DNA from: Macrostomum hystrix
Taxonomy: Eukaryota > Animalia > Platyhelminthes
Direction of reading: 5' to 3'
Length of the DNA stretch: 64,000 nucleotides
NCBI GenBank assembly: GCA_950097015.1
Contig: CATNEN010000039.1
Span: forward strand, 20,212,001-20,276,000
In this document: piece by piece, positions 1-12,097 of the stretch
Layout: the number at the start of each line of letters is the position of its first letter
How positions within the stretch are numbered: position 1 is the stretch's first letter
Made by a program: the position numbers and the translations under genes
The notes under the pieces: generated by a model
Database searches by the model: none
What the model was told of the DNA's origin: nothing
Seen by the model: the letters and a program-made list of their open reading frames with translations, nothing else

Positions 1-656
1 TCTTCAGTCTTTTCAGTCGTAAAGCAACGGGGAATTTATTGCTTATGAAGGAGAAAAAATATATTTATCAGGTTGAGATTTGAACTCTCGACCTCTTAGT
101 TAGAAGTTTGAAACTCAAACCAAGAGGCTTTCAAGAAACTTCTTAAAAGTCGGTTGCGTCCGTGCACTTTGCAGTGTAGATACGCCCTGCCCTCATGCGT
201 GTCACACGGTATGCTGAGATACTCGTAAAAGGCTCCCCTTCTGTTTTATCAGTTGCGTCATTTGTTTGCTTGTCTCTACCTAATCGTTGTTTGTCGCGCG
301 CTGATTGGCTGTCAGCATGGCTGTGCCATCCCTGGCTGGCCCTCGCCCTTGGTCTCCCCTACCTGCCATCCCCAGCTGCGCAGTGATTGGCCAGTGGGTG
401 GCTGGGTTGGGCTGGTGGGGCGGGTGGCCATGGGTGAACCGTTCTGCGCGGTTCTATGGGAGTTGCTTCTTACGCCTTTTCTCGCTCTACTCTGCAAGAC
501 AGTGTCCCTGCGAAGAATGTTGACTTTAGACCTGCAACCTGCCGTACAACCTACAACATCTGACCGAAATAAATCGCATCCACTCTGACTGGCCCTTAGA
601 TTACAAGATTACAACAGACCAAATTCTAGAAATCTGTCTCAGGTTTACAAGCTCAC

Positions 657-3600
657 GAGATTGGTCTCCGCATCATTAGTGCTATATCCTCGCTGAATCG
701 GTGAAAACTGGCAAAGCCGGGCCGGCCGTACACCCAGCCGACTGTGATGCACTCGCAGAAGCCAATCAGCAGAATTGTCCAGCTTCCAGCGTAGCTGTCA
801 ACAATTTTCAGCAGGTAGAGGCCGCCAGCGCAGGTGAATGGAAGGCCCAGTAGAAACAGCACGATGCAAATCAGGCATATGAGTACTGGTTTGTGGCGTC
901 GAAGAAATCGAAAATGATCGCACAGGGAGGTTATAAGAGTTTCCACCATGGCGAACTGAAGATGCGGATGTGGAGGTGACTTAGTTGTACGTTTGGGAGT
1001 GATTTTCAGCACACTTGTAGTAGTAATAATTCCAAGGTTTCCAATAATCCCAAGGTTTCTAATAGTCAAAATAATAATAATAATACTATTAATTACAGGA
1101 GGGCTGCGGGCAATGGCACATCATTTAGTGACACTAGACCCTCAGCCAGCCAGGAGGCAATTCCGCCCATTTCGCTGACTCCTGAGCACACACGCACACA
1201 GATACCGTACGCAGGCACACGTGCACACAGGTGCGTACATCTGCCCTGACTTTCGCATCGTCAGGCAGTGTACACTCTCACTGTGCCTTAGAGGTTGGCC
1301 CTCAAGGGCGTAAATTGCACGGCAAGCCACCAAGCCTTCTCTCCGCGGCTGCGCCCCAAATGAATGTGGCCTCGCCGTGGAATCGAACTTAGGAACCTTG
1401 GCACGTGACGCAAACGTGTTAACCGCTCTGCCACCGACCCCCCTAATAATCCCAAGGTTTCCAATAATCCCTAGGTTTCCAATGATCCCAAGGTTTCCAA
1501 TGATCCCAAGGTTTCCAATGATCCCAAGGTTTCCAATGATCCCAAGGTTTCCAATGATCCCAAGGCTTCCAACGACCCCAAGGTTCGTTCGCTTCAATTC
1601 TCAGGTGTCCCTGAATCATCCAACTATAAATGATTATAGTTTTGCAACACGAATTTAGTTTGAAGCAAAAAGGCCAAACCTGACTGTCCACTCCGAGTGT
1701 GAATATCATGATGAAAAATAGAATGGTCCAGAAAGTGCTTCCAGGTAGCAGTTTCATTGCCTCGGGGTAGATTATAAAGGCCAGACCGAATCCTGTCAGC
1801 AATGGTCAGTTTTTATGCATTTTATTAATTTTTTTACCTATTGAGCTTTTTTAATCGTCCATTCTCCGCCACTCAACGTACTGAGCCATTATCTCATTTT
1901 GTAAATTATCAGTTGCTAAACAAACATATCCAGAGCTCACCAGACTGAGACACATCCTTAACCTGAACTTTCAGATTCTCAGCCAGGTGACCGATGAAGC
2001 TGAAGATGACAAAGCCAGCAAAGACGCTTGTGCCGCAATTGGCCAAAGTGACAAAAAATGTGTCGCGAATGACATTGTTGTGAAACCGGTTGTAACTGGA
2101 TAGCGACATCAGGCCGCCCCAGCTGCAGGACAGCGAGAAGAATATTTGCCCAGCTGCGTCCTTCCATACTTGCGCCCGACCCAGAGCGGAGAAGTCCGGC
2201 ACAATGTAGAACCTGATTCCCTCGATGGCGTTGCTAAGGGTGACGCCACGGAAGAACAGTATCAGCAGCACCACGTAGGGGAATAATGCAGTGAAGTACA
2301 CAACTTTTCCTGAAGTTTTGATGCCCTTCAACATGCAGCAGTAGATTATGATCCACGATAACAGTAGGCAGAGGACGAGTTTCCAGTCAGGCGATCCGAA
2401 CATTCTAATGTCGCCGCTGACTTTCAGTACTTCGCGACTGAGTTGAGTTCAAAGGAGTAAATTAAACCAACAGGATAAAACTGAGGACATTGTGACTAAC
2501 AGGATAAAACTGAAGACATTGTGACCAATAGGATAAAACTGAAGACATTGTGAGTCAGCAGAAAAAAACTGAGGACATTGTGACTAACAGGATAAAACTG
2601 AGGATATTTGAGCAAAATGATAAAAAAGAGGATAATGTGACCGATAAATATAATGAAACTTAGAGACACTATTACCAACAGACTAGAAGCAAAGAAATCA
2701 AGTTAGCTTGACAAAACTCACTTGAAATACTCATCCGCCGGCAGAATACGACGCAGTTTTGTCACCTGGCTAAAGATGCTCTCATTATACAGGCCAATCA
2801 ACTTCGTCCCATTGTAGCAGGTGCCATTAGGTTGTTGATTGCCTGGACTACAAGAAACTAGAGGCAAGCGCTGGCTGCAAACTGAAATTTGAGTCACAGG
2901 GACTTAATTGTCATTACAAAGAACTAAGACGCAATAAATATGAGAAACATTTAGCCTCAGCTTACGGGCTGTGTTCCAGGCATTGTCGCAGTTACTCCAC
3001 GGCAGAACACTATTCATCGAGGCAAACAGATAGTAGATTGAGATGGCAATGATCACGTTGTAGTAGATTCCAACAACTGCGGACAGGTATATCATCGCAT
3101 ATCCGATACCTGATTTATGAAGAAGTGAAAAATCGTTTGTTTCCTGGTGAAGCTGCAGTCTCCTAATTATATAATATGAGCTACATATAATATATAATAT
3201 AATACTACTCGTAATTGCAGGATGGCTGCGGGCCACTAGACCCGCAGCACACAAATATCGTACGCAGGCACATACTCACACAGGTGTGTACAACTGGCCT
3301 GGCTTTCGCATCGTCAGGCAGTGTACACTCTAACTGTACCTTGGAGGTTGGCCCTCAAGGGCGTAAATTGCACGACAAGCCCCCAAGCCTTCTCTCCGCG
3401 GCTGCGTTCCAAATAAATGTGGCCTCGCCGCGGAATCGAACTTAGGGACCTTGGCGCGTGACGCAAAACCGCTCTGCCACCGACCCCCAGTAGTCTGATA
3501 CTAGAAATAAACTTACGACAAATCCACACCTGCGGGTTTTACCTGTGAAGATCGGGGCGAACTCCCAGCAGGTAGCCGGTCCCTCGCTGGTAAACTGGCC

Positions 3601-4612
3601 CAAACTCAGGTCCAGCAGAAACACAGGTATGCCGCACAGCAGCAGGAAGATTACGTAGGGCACTAGGAAGGCGCCGCCACCATTAATGAAGCACAGGTAG
3701 GGAAACCTCCACACGTTTCCTAGGCCGACAGCGTAGCCCAAGCAGCTGAGCAAGAAGTCCAGCCGGCCGGACCAGTTGCCACGCTCCGCATTCTCATCAA
3801 CGCTGTAGTTCACTGTAGTCAGATTGCGGTCGTTCTGCAGATTCTCTCTAGATATTAGCTGATCGCGTAATAGGCTAATCTGACGGTCTCTGTACTGTGT
3901 TGGCGCCTCTCGCTGCCCGCTACCAGCTCTGTCCACTGTGTCTTTAGAGGCCACGGTGGCGAATACTTGACGACCGCCGCTGCTGGTGGCACTGTACCGT
4001 CGGCTCGAGCGATTTCCCGGCTCCTGCTGCTGTTGAGACTGATGCTGCTGCGGCTGCTGAAAAAGCAGAGTGTAATCATGGTGTCACCTCTGGGTGGCTA
4101 GAAAAGGAACAATTGCAGGAGGGCTGCGGGTAATGGAGGGTTCATCGGAAGTCAGACTTTGAGGCTATTGCCTTTGACACCAGCGGCGATAGGGCAACTA
4201 ATTATACGGAATGGCTGGCCATTGCCACGAAGTGAAATTTTAGGCAATGGCACATCATTGGTGACACGTGCAGCCAGGGGGAGGCAATTCTACCTTTAGA
4301 ATCTTTTTTTAGATGTCCAAGCCTTATTACCCCAAAACCGAAAAAATGACATCCAACTCTCCGAGACTTCGAAAGCTCAATTGAAACGTCGACGTCAAAC
4401 AAAGACGTCAAACAAAGACGTCAAAAACCCTTGCAAGATCCTACTGAGACGTCATGACCGTACCGAGACTTGAAATACTCAACACAACCGGCGGCTGTCA
4501 CCTCGGTGTTTGCCAGTCCGTTTTGATCAAAGTTCCGATAGCGGGCAGTCCTAGATAGAGGGGCCAATAGCTGCCGCAGTTTGCTGCTCTTTGGTTGCTG
4601 AATTTCGGACAT
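657..4612 (-). CDS. SLC6 sodium/chloride-dependent neurotransmitter transporter, glycine-transporter (GlyT)-like; 3'-partial
   Basis: Exons: 4612-4502 (tentative first exon, AAAAA-ATG context, GAG|gtgaca donor), 4056-3543, 3109-2966, 2881-2722, 2437-1941, 1792-1680, 955-657. All introns are GT-AG and phases are consistent (0,1,1,2,1,0,2). SLC6 motifs present: [92 protein letters not shown]. The exons for TM11-12 and the C-terminus lie beyond base 1. Confidence 0.93.
1071..1443 (-). mobile_element. tRNA-derived SINE, full-length copy 1 (in SLC6 intron)
   Basis: Reverse complement begins GGGGGTCGGTGGCAGAGCGGTTAA (A box)...GTTCGATTCC (B box). The body is shared with the other copies and it ends in an (ATT)n tail. 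Confidence 0.88.
1444..1585. repeat. 18-bp minisatellite (ATGATCCCAAGGTTTCCA); about 2 further units at 1024-1062
   Basis: Direct inspection. Confidence 0.9.
2467..2640. repeat. Degenerate 29-bp tandem repeat (ACYAACAGGATAAAACTGAGGACATTGTG) in SLC6 intron
   Basis: About 5-6 imperfect units. Confidence 0.8.
3197..3488 (-). mobile_element. tRNA-derived SINE, copy 2 with internal deletions (in SLC6 intron)
   Basis: Same head (A/B boxes) and central body as copy 1; the 3' domain is partly deleted. Confidence 0.85.
4111..4294 (-). mobile_element. SINE 3'-end fragments (4111-4136 and 4244-4294) separated by about 105 bp of other sequence
   Basis: aattgcaggagggctgcgggtaatgg and gcaatggcacatcattggtgacac...gcagccagggggaggcaattc match the 3' domain of the other copies. 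Confidence 0.65.
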
Positions 4613-5414
4613 TTTTTGCTAGCGGAAAGCTTTTTTTCAAACTCGCCAATCTAAGTTCACGAATCTCAATCGACGCTTTTCGGCTGTCCGTCAAGCTTTT
4701 CGTTTATCGATTAATTGGTTATATAATGCTCCGAGATAGCTAGGTGAGTCTTTCAATGTGAGATTTTATTCTAAGCACCGCATGTGCAATTTTTATGCTT
4801 TGGGTTGGAGTCACTGTACCTCATTGATTAACTGATGGCGGTGGGGATAAATGGAGGGGTGTCCTCAACCCGCCCACCTCCCCTCTCTGACCCTGAGCTT
4901 TGAGTACACTACAGGAACTCCAAGTGCTCTCTCTATCTTACTTCCCTACTTTCATAGCTCGTACACTTTCTCTACCCAGTGTTGAGTTGAATGTACACAG
5001 AAGGCTGCACAATGCGCTCTACACGCATTCATTCAGGTTGAATAGACTGACTCACAGCTTCTTACGGAAGGAGTAGAAATGCTTTTGGCTGTCTGTACTT
5101 CTGCGTTATTTTTAATCTTCCATGCTTCCATGAACAATTTCAGTTTAAAGGCATTTCAAATGCGTGTCACGAGAATATTTAATCTTGCTTGCATTGCCCT
5201 ATAATGAATTAGACGTCTTCCACAAACACTTCCTGCTTGGACCAGCGAGGGACTAAAAAGTACATATGATTGGCTCAAAAAGCCATAGAGCTGGAAACAG
5301 GAATCAAAGAACTAGATTTATGAAAGCATTTACTTAACTAGAGACAAAGCAGGCTCACTTAATATACAAGGTAAACAAAAACGTAGGTACGAAATTAAGT
5401 ATGAGCTGCTGTTC

Positions 5415-7580
5415 CACACACTGCTGCACACACTGCTGAACACACTGCTGAACACACTGATGCACACACTGCTGCACACACTGCTGAACACACTGCTGCA
5501 CACACATCTGCACACACTGCTGCACACACATCTGCACACACTGCTGCACACACTGCTGCACACACATCTGCACACACTGCTGCACACACTGCTGCACACA
5601 CTGCTGAACACACTGCTGCACACACTGCTGCACACACTGCTGCACACACTGCTGCACACACTGCTGCACACACTGCTGCACACACTGCTGCACACACTGC
5701 TGCACACACACCACACTGCTGCACACACTGCTGCACACACTGCTGCACACACTGCTGCACACACTGCTGCACACACTGCTGCACACACATCTGCACACAC
5801 TGCTGCACACACTGCTGCACACACTGCTGCACACACTGCTGCACACACTGCTGCACACACATCTGCACACACTGCTGCACACACTGCTGCACACACTGCT
5901 GCACACACTGCTGCACACACTGCTGCACACACATCTGCACACACTGCTGCACACACTGCTGCACACACTGCTGCACACACTGCTGCACACACTGCTGCAC
6001 ACACATGCTGCACACACTGCTGCACACACTGCTGCACACACATGCTGCACACACTGCTGCACACACTGCTGCACACACTGCTGCACACACTGCTGCACAC
6101 ACTGCTGCACACACTGCTGCACACACTGCTGCACACACTGCTGAACACACTGATGCACACACTGCTGAACACACTGCTGCACACACATCTGCACACACAT
6201 CTGCACACACTGCTGCACACACTGCTGCACACACATCTGCACACACTGCTGCACACACATCTGCACACACTGCTGCACACACTGCTGCACACACTGCTGA
6301 ACACACTGCTGCACACACTGCTGAACACACTGCTGCACACACATCTGCACACACTGCTGCACACACTGCTGAACACACTGCTGCACACACTGCTGCACAC
6401 ACTGCTGCACACACATCTGCACACACTGCTGCACACACTGCTGCACACACTGCTGAACACACTGCTGCACACACTGCTGAACACACTGCTGCACACACTG
6501 CTGAACACACTGCTGAACACACTGATGCACACACTGCTGAACACACTGATGCACACACTGCTGAACACACTGCTGAACACTGCTGAACACACTGATGCAC
6601 ACACTGCTGAACACACTGATGCACACACTGCTGAACACACTGCTGAACACACTGCTGAACACACTGCTGAACACACATCTGCACACACTGCTGCACACAC
6701 TGCTGAACACACTGCTGCACACACTGCTGAACACACATCTGCACACACTGCTGCACACACTGCTGAACACACTGCTGCACACACTGCTGAACACACTGCT
6801 GCACACACTGCTGCACACACTGCTGAACACACTGCTGCACACACTGCTGAACACACATCTGCACACACTGCTGCACACACTGCTGCACACATATCTGCAC
6901 ACACATCTGCACACACTGCTGCACACACTGCTGAACACACATCTGCACACACATCTGCACACACTGCTGCACACACTGCTGCACACACATCTGCACACAC
7001 ATCTGCACACACTGCTGCACACACTGCTGCACACACTGCTGAACACACTGCTGCACACACTGCTGCACACACTGCTGCACACACTGCTGCACACACATCT
7101 GCACACACTGCTGCACACACATCTGCACACACTGCTGCACACACTGCTGCACACACTGCTGCACACACATCTGCACACACTGCTGAACACACTGCTGCAC
7201 ACACTGCTGCACACACTGCTGCACACACTGCTGCACACACTGCTGCACACACTGCTGCACACACTGCTGCACACACTGCTGCACACACATCTGCACACAC
7301 TGCTGCACACACTGCTGCACACACTGCTGCACACACATCTGCACACGCTGCTGCACACACATCTGCACACACTGCTGCACACACTGCTGCACACACATCT
7401 GCACACACTGCTGCACACACTGCTGCACACACATCTGCACACACTGCTGCACACACATCTGCACACACTGCTGCACACACTGCTGCACACACATCTGCAC
7501 ACACTGCTGCACACACTGCTGCACACACATCTGCACACACTGCTGCACACACATCTGCACACACTGCTGCACACACTGCA
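5415..7580. repeat. 12-bp satellite (CACACACTGCTG)
   Basis: About 180 units with CATCTG, CTGAA and CTGAT variants; source of the 700+ aa spurious ORFs. Confidence 0.97.
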
Positions 7581-8244
7581 GCTCGCAATTACGCACAGAA
7601 TTTCGAACGCCAATCAATAAAACATGGGCTTACCAGGCTAGAGAATCTGCTAATGTTCTCATTACGCTGACTCAGACAAGTAAAGATTATCCGCAGCTTC
7701 TCCATAGGCATAGATTAACGGCTGGTGCTGAAAGTGTTGAATGAGGGTTTGACCGTGTCAGCCAGTCAGAGCTTGCACAGGGACTGCGTGCTGCGAAATG
7801 TTTCATTTCAACATTTTATTGTGCTCACACTGACTGTCTCACACAACCAACCCAAGTGTGCAATGCAAGGGTAAGATAGAGAAATATTTTGTGCTTGACA
7901 ATGCGTTCTCATTGTACAGTCGATTATGTACATATATGTTATAAGCCAAAGTGTGATTTTAGGCCATTGAAAATCTCGATAAATAGTTTACAGAATAAAT
8001 TTAAAAGTACTTCAGTCATAAAATATGGGTTAGAATGTATTGTTGAAGTTTTAATCAGAGAAGCATAGAGCTTTTGAAAGTTCACTCAAATTGTACTTTT
8101 TAAGTAGTGCAATGCGGACTGAAAACTATTTTAGCTCCTAGTTTGTAACAACAGAGCGCCATTGCTGCGCTAAGCATAGGTCGGGTTGTATTTGCAGAAT
8201 ATACCGTTTACCGACACTTCTTATCAAGCATATGAGCATGTGAG

Positions 8245-9675
8245 CAACTGATGCTCAACTGATGCTCAACTGATGCTCAACTGGTGTTCAACTGATGCTC
8301 AACTGATGCTCAACTGATGCTCAACTGATGTTCAACTGATGCTCAACTGATGCTCAACTGATGCTCAACTGATGCTCAACTGATGCTCAACTGATGTTCA
8401 ACTGATGCTCAACTGATGCTCAACTGATGCTCAACTGATGCTCAACTGATGCTCAACTGATGCTCAACTGATGCTCAACTGATGCTCAACTGATGCTCAA
8501 CTGATGCTCAACTGATGCTCAACTGATGCTCAACTGATGCTCAACTGATGCTCAACTGATGCTCAACTGATGCTCAACTGATGCTCAACTGATGCTCAAT
8601 TGATGCTCAACTGATGCTCAACTGATGCTCAACTGATGCTCAACTGATGCTCAACTGATGCTCAACTGATGCTCAACTGATGCTCAACTGATGCTCAACT
8701 GATGCTCAACTGATGCTCAACTGATGCTCAACTGATGCTCAACTGATGTTCAACTGATGCTCAACTGATGTTCAACTGATGCTCAACTGATGCTCAACTG
8801 ATGCTCAACTGATGCTCAACTGATGCTCAACTGATGCTCAACTGATGTTCAACTGATGCTCAACTGATGCTCAACTGATGCTCAACTGATGCTCAACTGA
8901 TGCTCAACTGATGCTCAACTGATGCTCAACTGATGGCTGAACTGATGCTGAACTGATAGTCAACTGATGCTCAACTGATGCTCAACTGATGCTCAACTGA
9001 TGCTCAACTGATGTTCAACTGATGCTCAACTGATGCTCAACTGATGCTCAACTGATGCTCAACTGATGTTCAACTGATGCTCAACTGATGCTCAACTGAT
9101 GCTCAACTGATGCTCAACTGATGCTCAACTGGTGCTCAACTGATGTTCAACTGATGCTCAACTGATGCTCAACTGATGTTCAACTGATGCTCAACTGATG
9201 CTCAACTGATGCTCAACTGATGCTCAACTGATGCTCAACTGATGCTCAACTGATGCTCAACTGATGCTCAACTGATGGCTGAACTGATGCTGAACTGATG
9301 TTCAACTGATGCTCAACTGATGCTCAACTGATGCTCAACTGATGCTCAACTGATGCTCAACTGATGCTCAACTGATGCTCAACTGATGCTCAACTGATGC
9401 TCAACTGATGCTCAACTGATGTTCAACTGATGTTCAACTGATGCTCAACTGATGTTCAACTGATGTTCAACTGATGCTCAACTGATGCTCAACTGATGCT
9501 CAACTGATGCTCAACTGATGCTCAACTGATGCTCAACTGATGCTCAACTGATGCTCAACTGATGCTCAACTGATGTTCAACTGATGCTCAACTGATGTTC
9601 AACTGATGCTCAACTGATGCTCAACTGATGTTCAACTGATGCTCAACTGATGCTCAACTGATGCTCAACTGATGC
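8245..9675. repeat. 11-bp satellite (CAACTGATGCT)
   Basis: About 130 near-perfect units. Confidence 0.97.
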
Positions 9676-10576
9676 TGCATTGTGCCATGTTTTATTATAG
9701 TGCACAATACTTTCTCTGGGTCACTAACGCTAGCAGTTCAAAAAATTGTCAGTTTGATGTCAATTTTAATATTTTTTAAATAGATGCTGTAATGCTTTAG
9801 TATGCTTTAGTATGCTTTCAACTGTCCTACTGTCTGTCTGTCAAAGGGAACATTGCAGCTAAATTAGAAGCAAATGTACTTCAATACGGCAGATGCGCAG
9901 AAAGACAGCTGCTCTTATATCCTGCATTCTTAAATTTCACTTAAAAAGCTTTGGGCTATAAAGGAAATCAAAGGAATGCGCGGATTTTCTTCAAAAGCGT
10001 TGCTTTTCCGTGAAACACCGACAATGTGAGAATCCGGACTCTGAAAATGCATCTGCTACATCCGTTTCTTATTTATTCGGCACAAAAATTCGTTTCTGTG
10101 GCCAACACGGAGGCGAAAATGCGTTTCGCAATCTGTGCAACTCTGTAGATACGAGTGCAAGTCCAATTTGGGCGCAGTCGGTGATTCGCTGTGTTTTCGC
10201 TTTGAATCATATCGGCACAACAAGCACTGTTACAGATTCCTACTTCGAAAAACGCTTGCAGCAAAAGTTGCAAAATTACCTCAAAAGCTTGGTAAGAGCA
10301 AATGATTTCGTGGTAGCTCGGGTGTCTGATTGACATTTGCGTAAATAATCCTCCTGGCTTCTGGCTAAGGGTTTTGGCACGAACATCGCGCTGTGGCTTG
10401 TTTAACAATTCCCTCAAAGCTCTATGGTCCTTGTGGAAGCCTACATGATGGGAAAGACCACGGATGCCCTCGGGGTAGCGTTTGGTCTATCGGTGTGTCC
10501 TAAGGCTGTATTACCAGTTCATTATATTTCTTTTCTTATCTGGAAATCGGTCAGAAAAAAGAAGCCAATCTGTTAG

Positions 10577-10925
10577 TAATAATTATAATAATTGCAGGAG
10601 GGCTGCGGTCAGTCGCACATCAATTGGCGACACTGGACCCACAGCCAACGACTCCGCACATTTCGCTGACTCCTGAGCACACACGCACACAGATACTGTA
10701 CGCAGGCACACGCTCACACAGGTGTGAACATCTGCCCTGACTTTCTCACCGTCAGGCAGTGTACACTCTCACTGTGCCTTGGAGGTTGGCCCTCAGGGGC
10801 GTAAATTGCACGACAAGCCCCCAAGCCTTCTCTCCGCGGCTGCGCACCAAATCAATAGGGCTTCGCCGCGGAATCGAGCTCAGGGACCTTGGCGCGAGAG
10901 GCAAACGCGTTAACTGCTCTGCCAC
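10577..10925 (-). mobile_element. tRNA-derived SINE, copy 3 (first ~8 nt replaced by an (ATAGA)n array)
   Basis: Aligns along its length to copies 1, 4 and 6. The head stops at GTGGCAGAGC, directly abutting the microsatellite. Confidence 0.87.
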
Positions 10926-11231
10926 ATAGAATAGAATAGAATAGAATAGAATATAATAGAATAGAATAGAATAGAATAGAATAGAATATAAGAGAATAGA
11001 ATAGAATAGAATAGAATAGAATAGAATATAAGAGAATAGAATGGAATAGAATATAAGAGAAAACAATAGAATAGAATAGAAAAGAATAGAATAGAATAGA
11101 CTGGACTAGAATAGAATAGAATAGAATAGAATAGAATAGAATAGACTGGAATAGAATAGAATAGAATAGAATAGAATAGAATAGAATAGAAAATACTGGA
11201 ATAGAATAGAATAGAATAGAATAGAATAGAA
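10926..11231. repeat. (ATAGA)n microsatellite
   Basis: Direct inspection. Confidence 0.95.
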
Positions 11232-11728
11232 CCGAACAGACTATAAAAACGGAGTAGAAAAAACTGACTTTCTTTTTAGTCCATGTTGTTGGTCATGGTT
11301 TCTTTCCGTTGCCAATTCCTGCCATATTAAATATTCAATACTTAAATTCCATATCGGGAAAACAGTTCTTAAGAAGAATTTAACGGAGGTAAGCAAAATA
11401 TAAAATAATGAGCAAAAATTTGTTTGACATGCCAAGCAAGGGTCATGAGCCCCAAGAGACCCTCAAAGAGCATTGCGGCTTTTCCGAAGCTGTGAGTGTC
11501 GCCATTTGAACTGCATCACTAATGACTCTGGATTCAATTACATGCTGAATGCATCAACCATTCATTGCCTGGTTGCCTTGGCTGCTACACATTTTTGTGG
11601 TTAATTGAAATTTGAAAAAATAACTATCGAATCTAATTCAGTCGAGCTTGATCAATCAACAATGGCAGCGGTAGTTCCTTTTGCGTTACAATAATCTTTG
11701 CTATAGTGCTTTTGGCACTGGCGCATCA

Positions 11729-12097
11729 GGGGGTCGGTGGCAGAGCGGTTAACGCGTTCGCCTCTCGCACCACGGTCCCTAAGTTCGATTCCGCGGCGAG
11801 GCCACATTTATTGGGGACGCAGCCGCGCAGTAAAGGCTCGGGGCTTGTCGTGCAATTTACGCCGTTGAGGGCCAACCTCCAAGGCACAGTGAGAGTGTAT
11901 ACACTTCCTGACGACGAGAAAGTCAGGGCAGATGTACACACCTAGCTGTGTGAGCGTATGCCTGCGTACAGTATTTGTGTTCGAGTGTGCTCAGGAGTCA
12001 GTGAAAAGGGCAGAATTGCCTCCTCGCTGGTTGCGGGTCTAGTGTCACCAAAATGATGTGCCACTGACCGCAGCCCTCGTGCAATTATTATTATTAT
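11729..12097 (+). mobile_element. tRNA-derived SINE, full-length copy 4
   Basis: GGGGGTCGGTGGCAGAGCGGTTAACGCGTTCGCCTCTCGCACCACGGTCCCTAAGTTCGATTCCGCGGCGAGGCCA head, conserved body, (ATT)n tail. Confidence 0.9.

Noticed and set aside
3855-4079. ATG at 4079 as the SLC6 start
   Set aside because: It is out of frame with the transporter ORF. A strong acceptor (gctttttcag) at 4057-4066 explains the exon start better.
5330-7670. 700+ aa ORFs (CAAV/CVQQ/HTLL repeats) and similar long ORFs at 16.4, 24.4, 25.8, 27.4, 29, 31, 34.3, 56.8 and 61 kb
   Set aside because: They coincide exactly with tandem arrays and are typically open in several frames or strands only because the unit lacks stop codons. 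They have no domain content.
11729-11805. Functional tRNA gene
   Set aside because: The acceptor and T stems pair poorly, the anticodon loop varies among copies, and the head is fused to the same body and tail in the long copies, so it is a SINE head.
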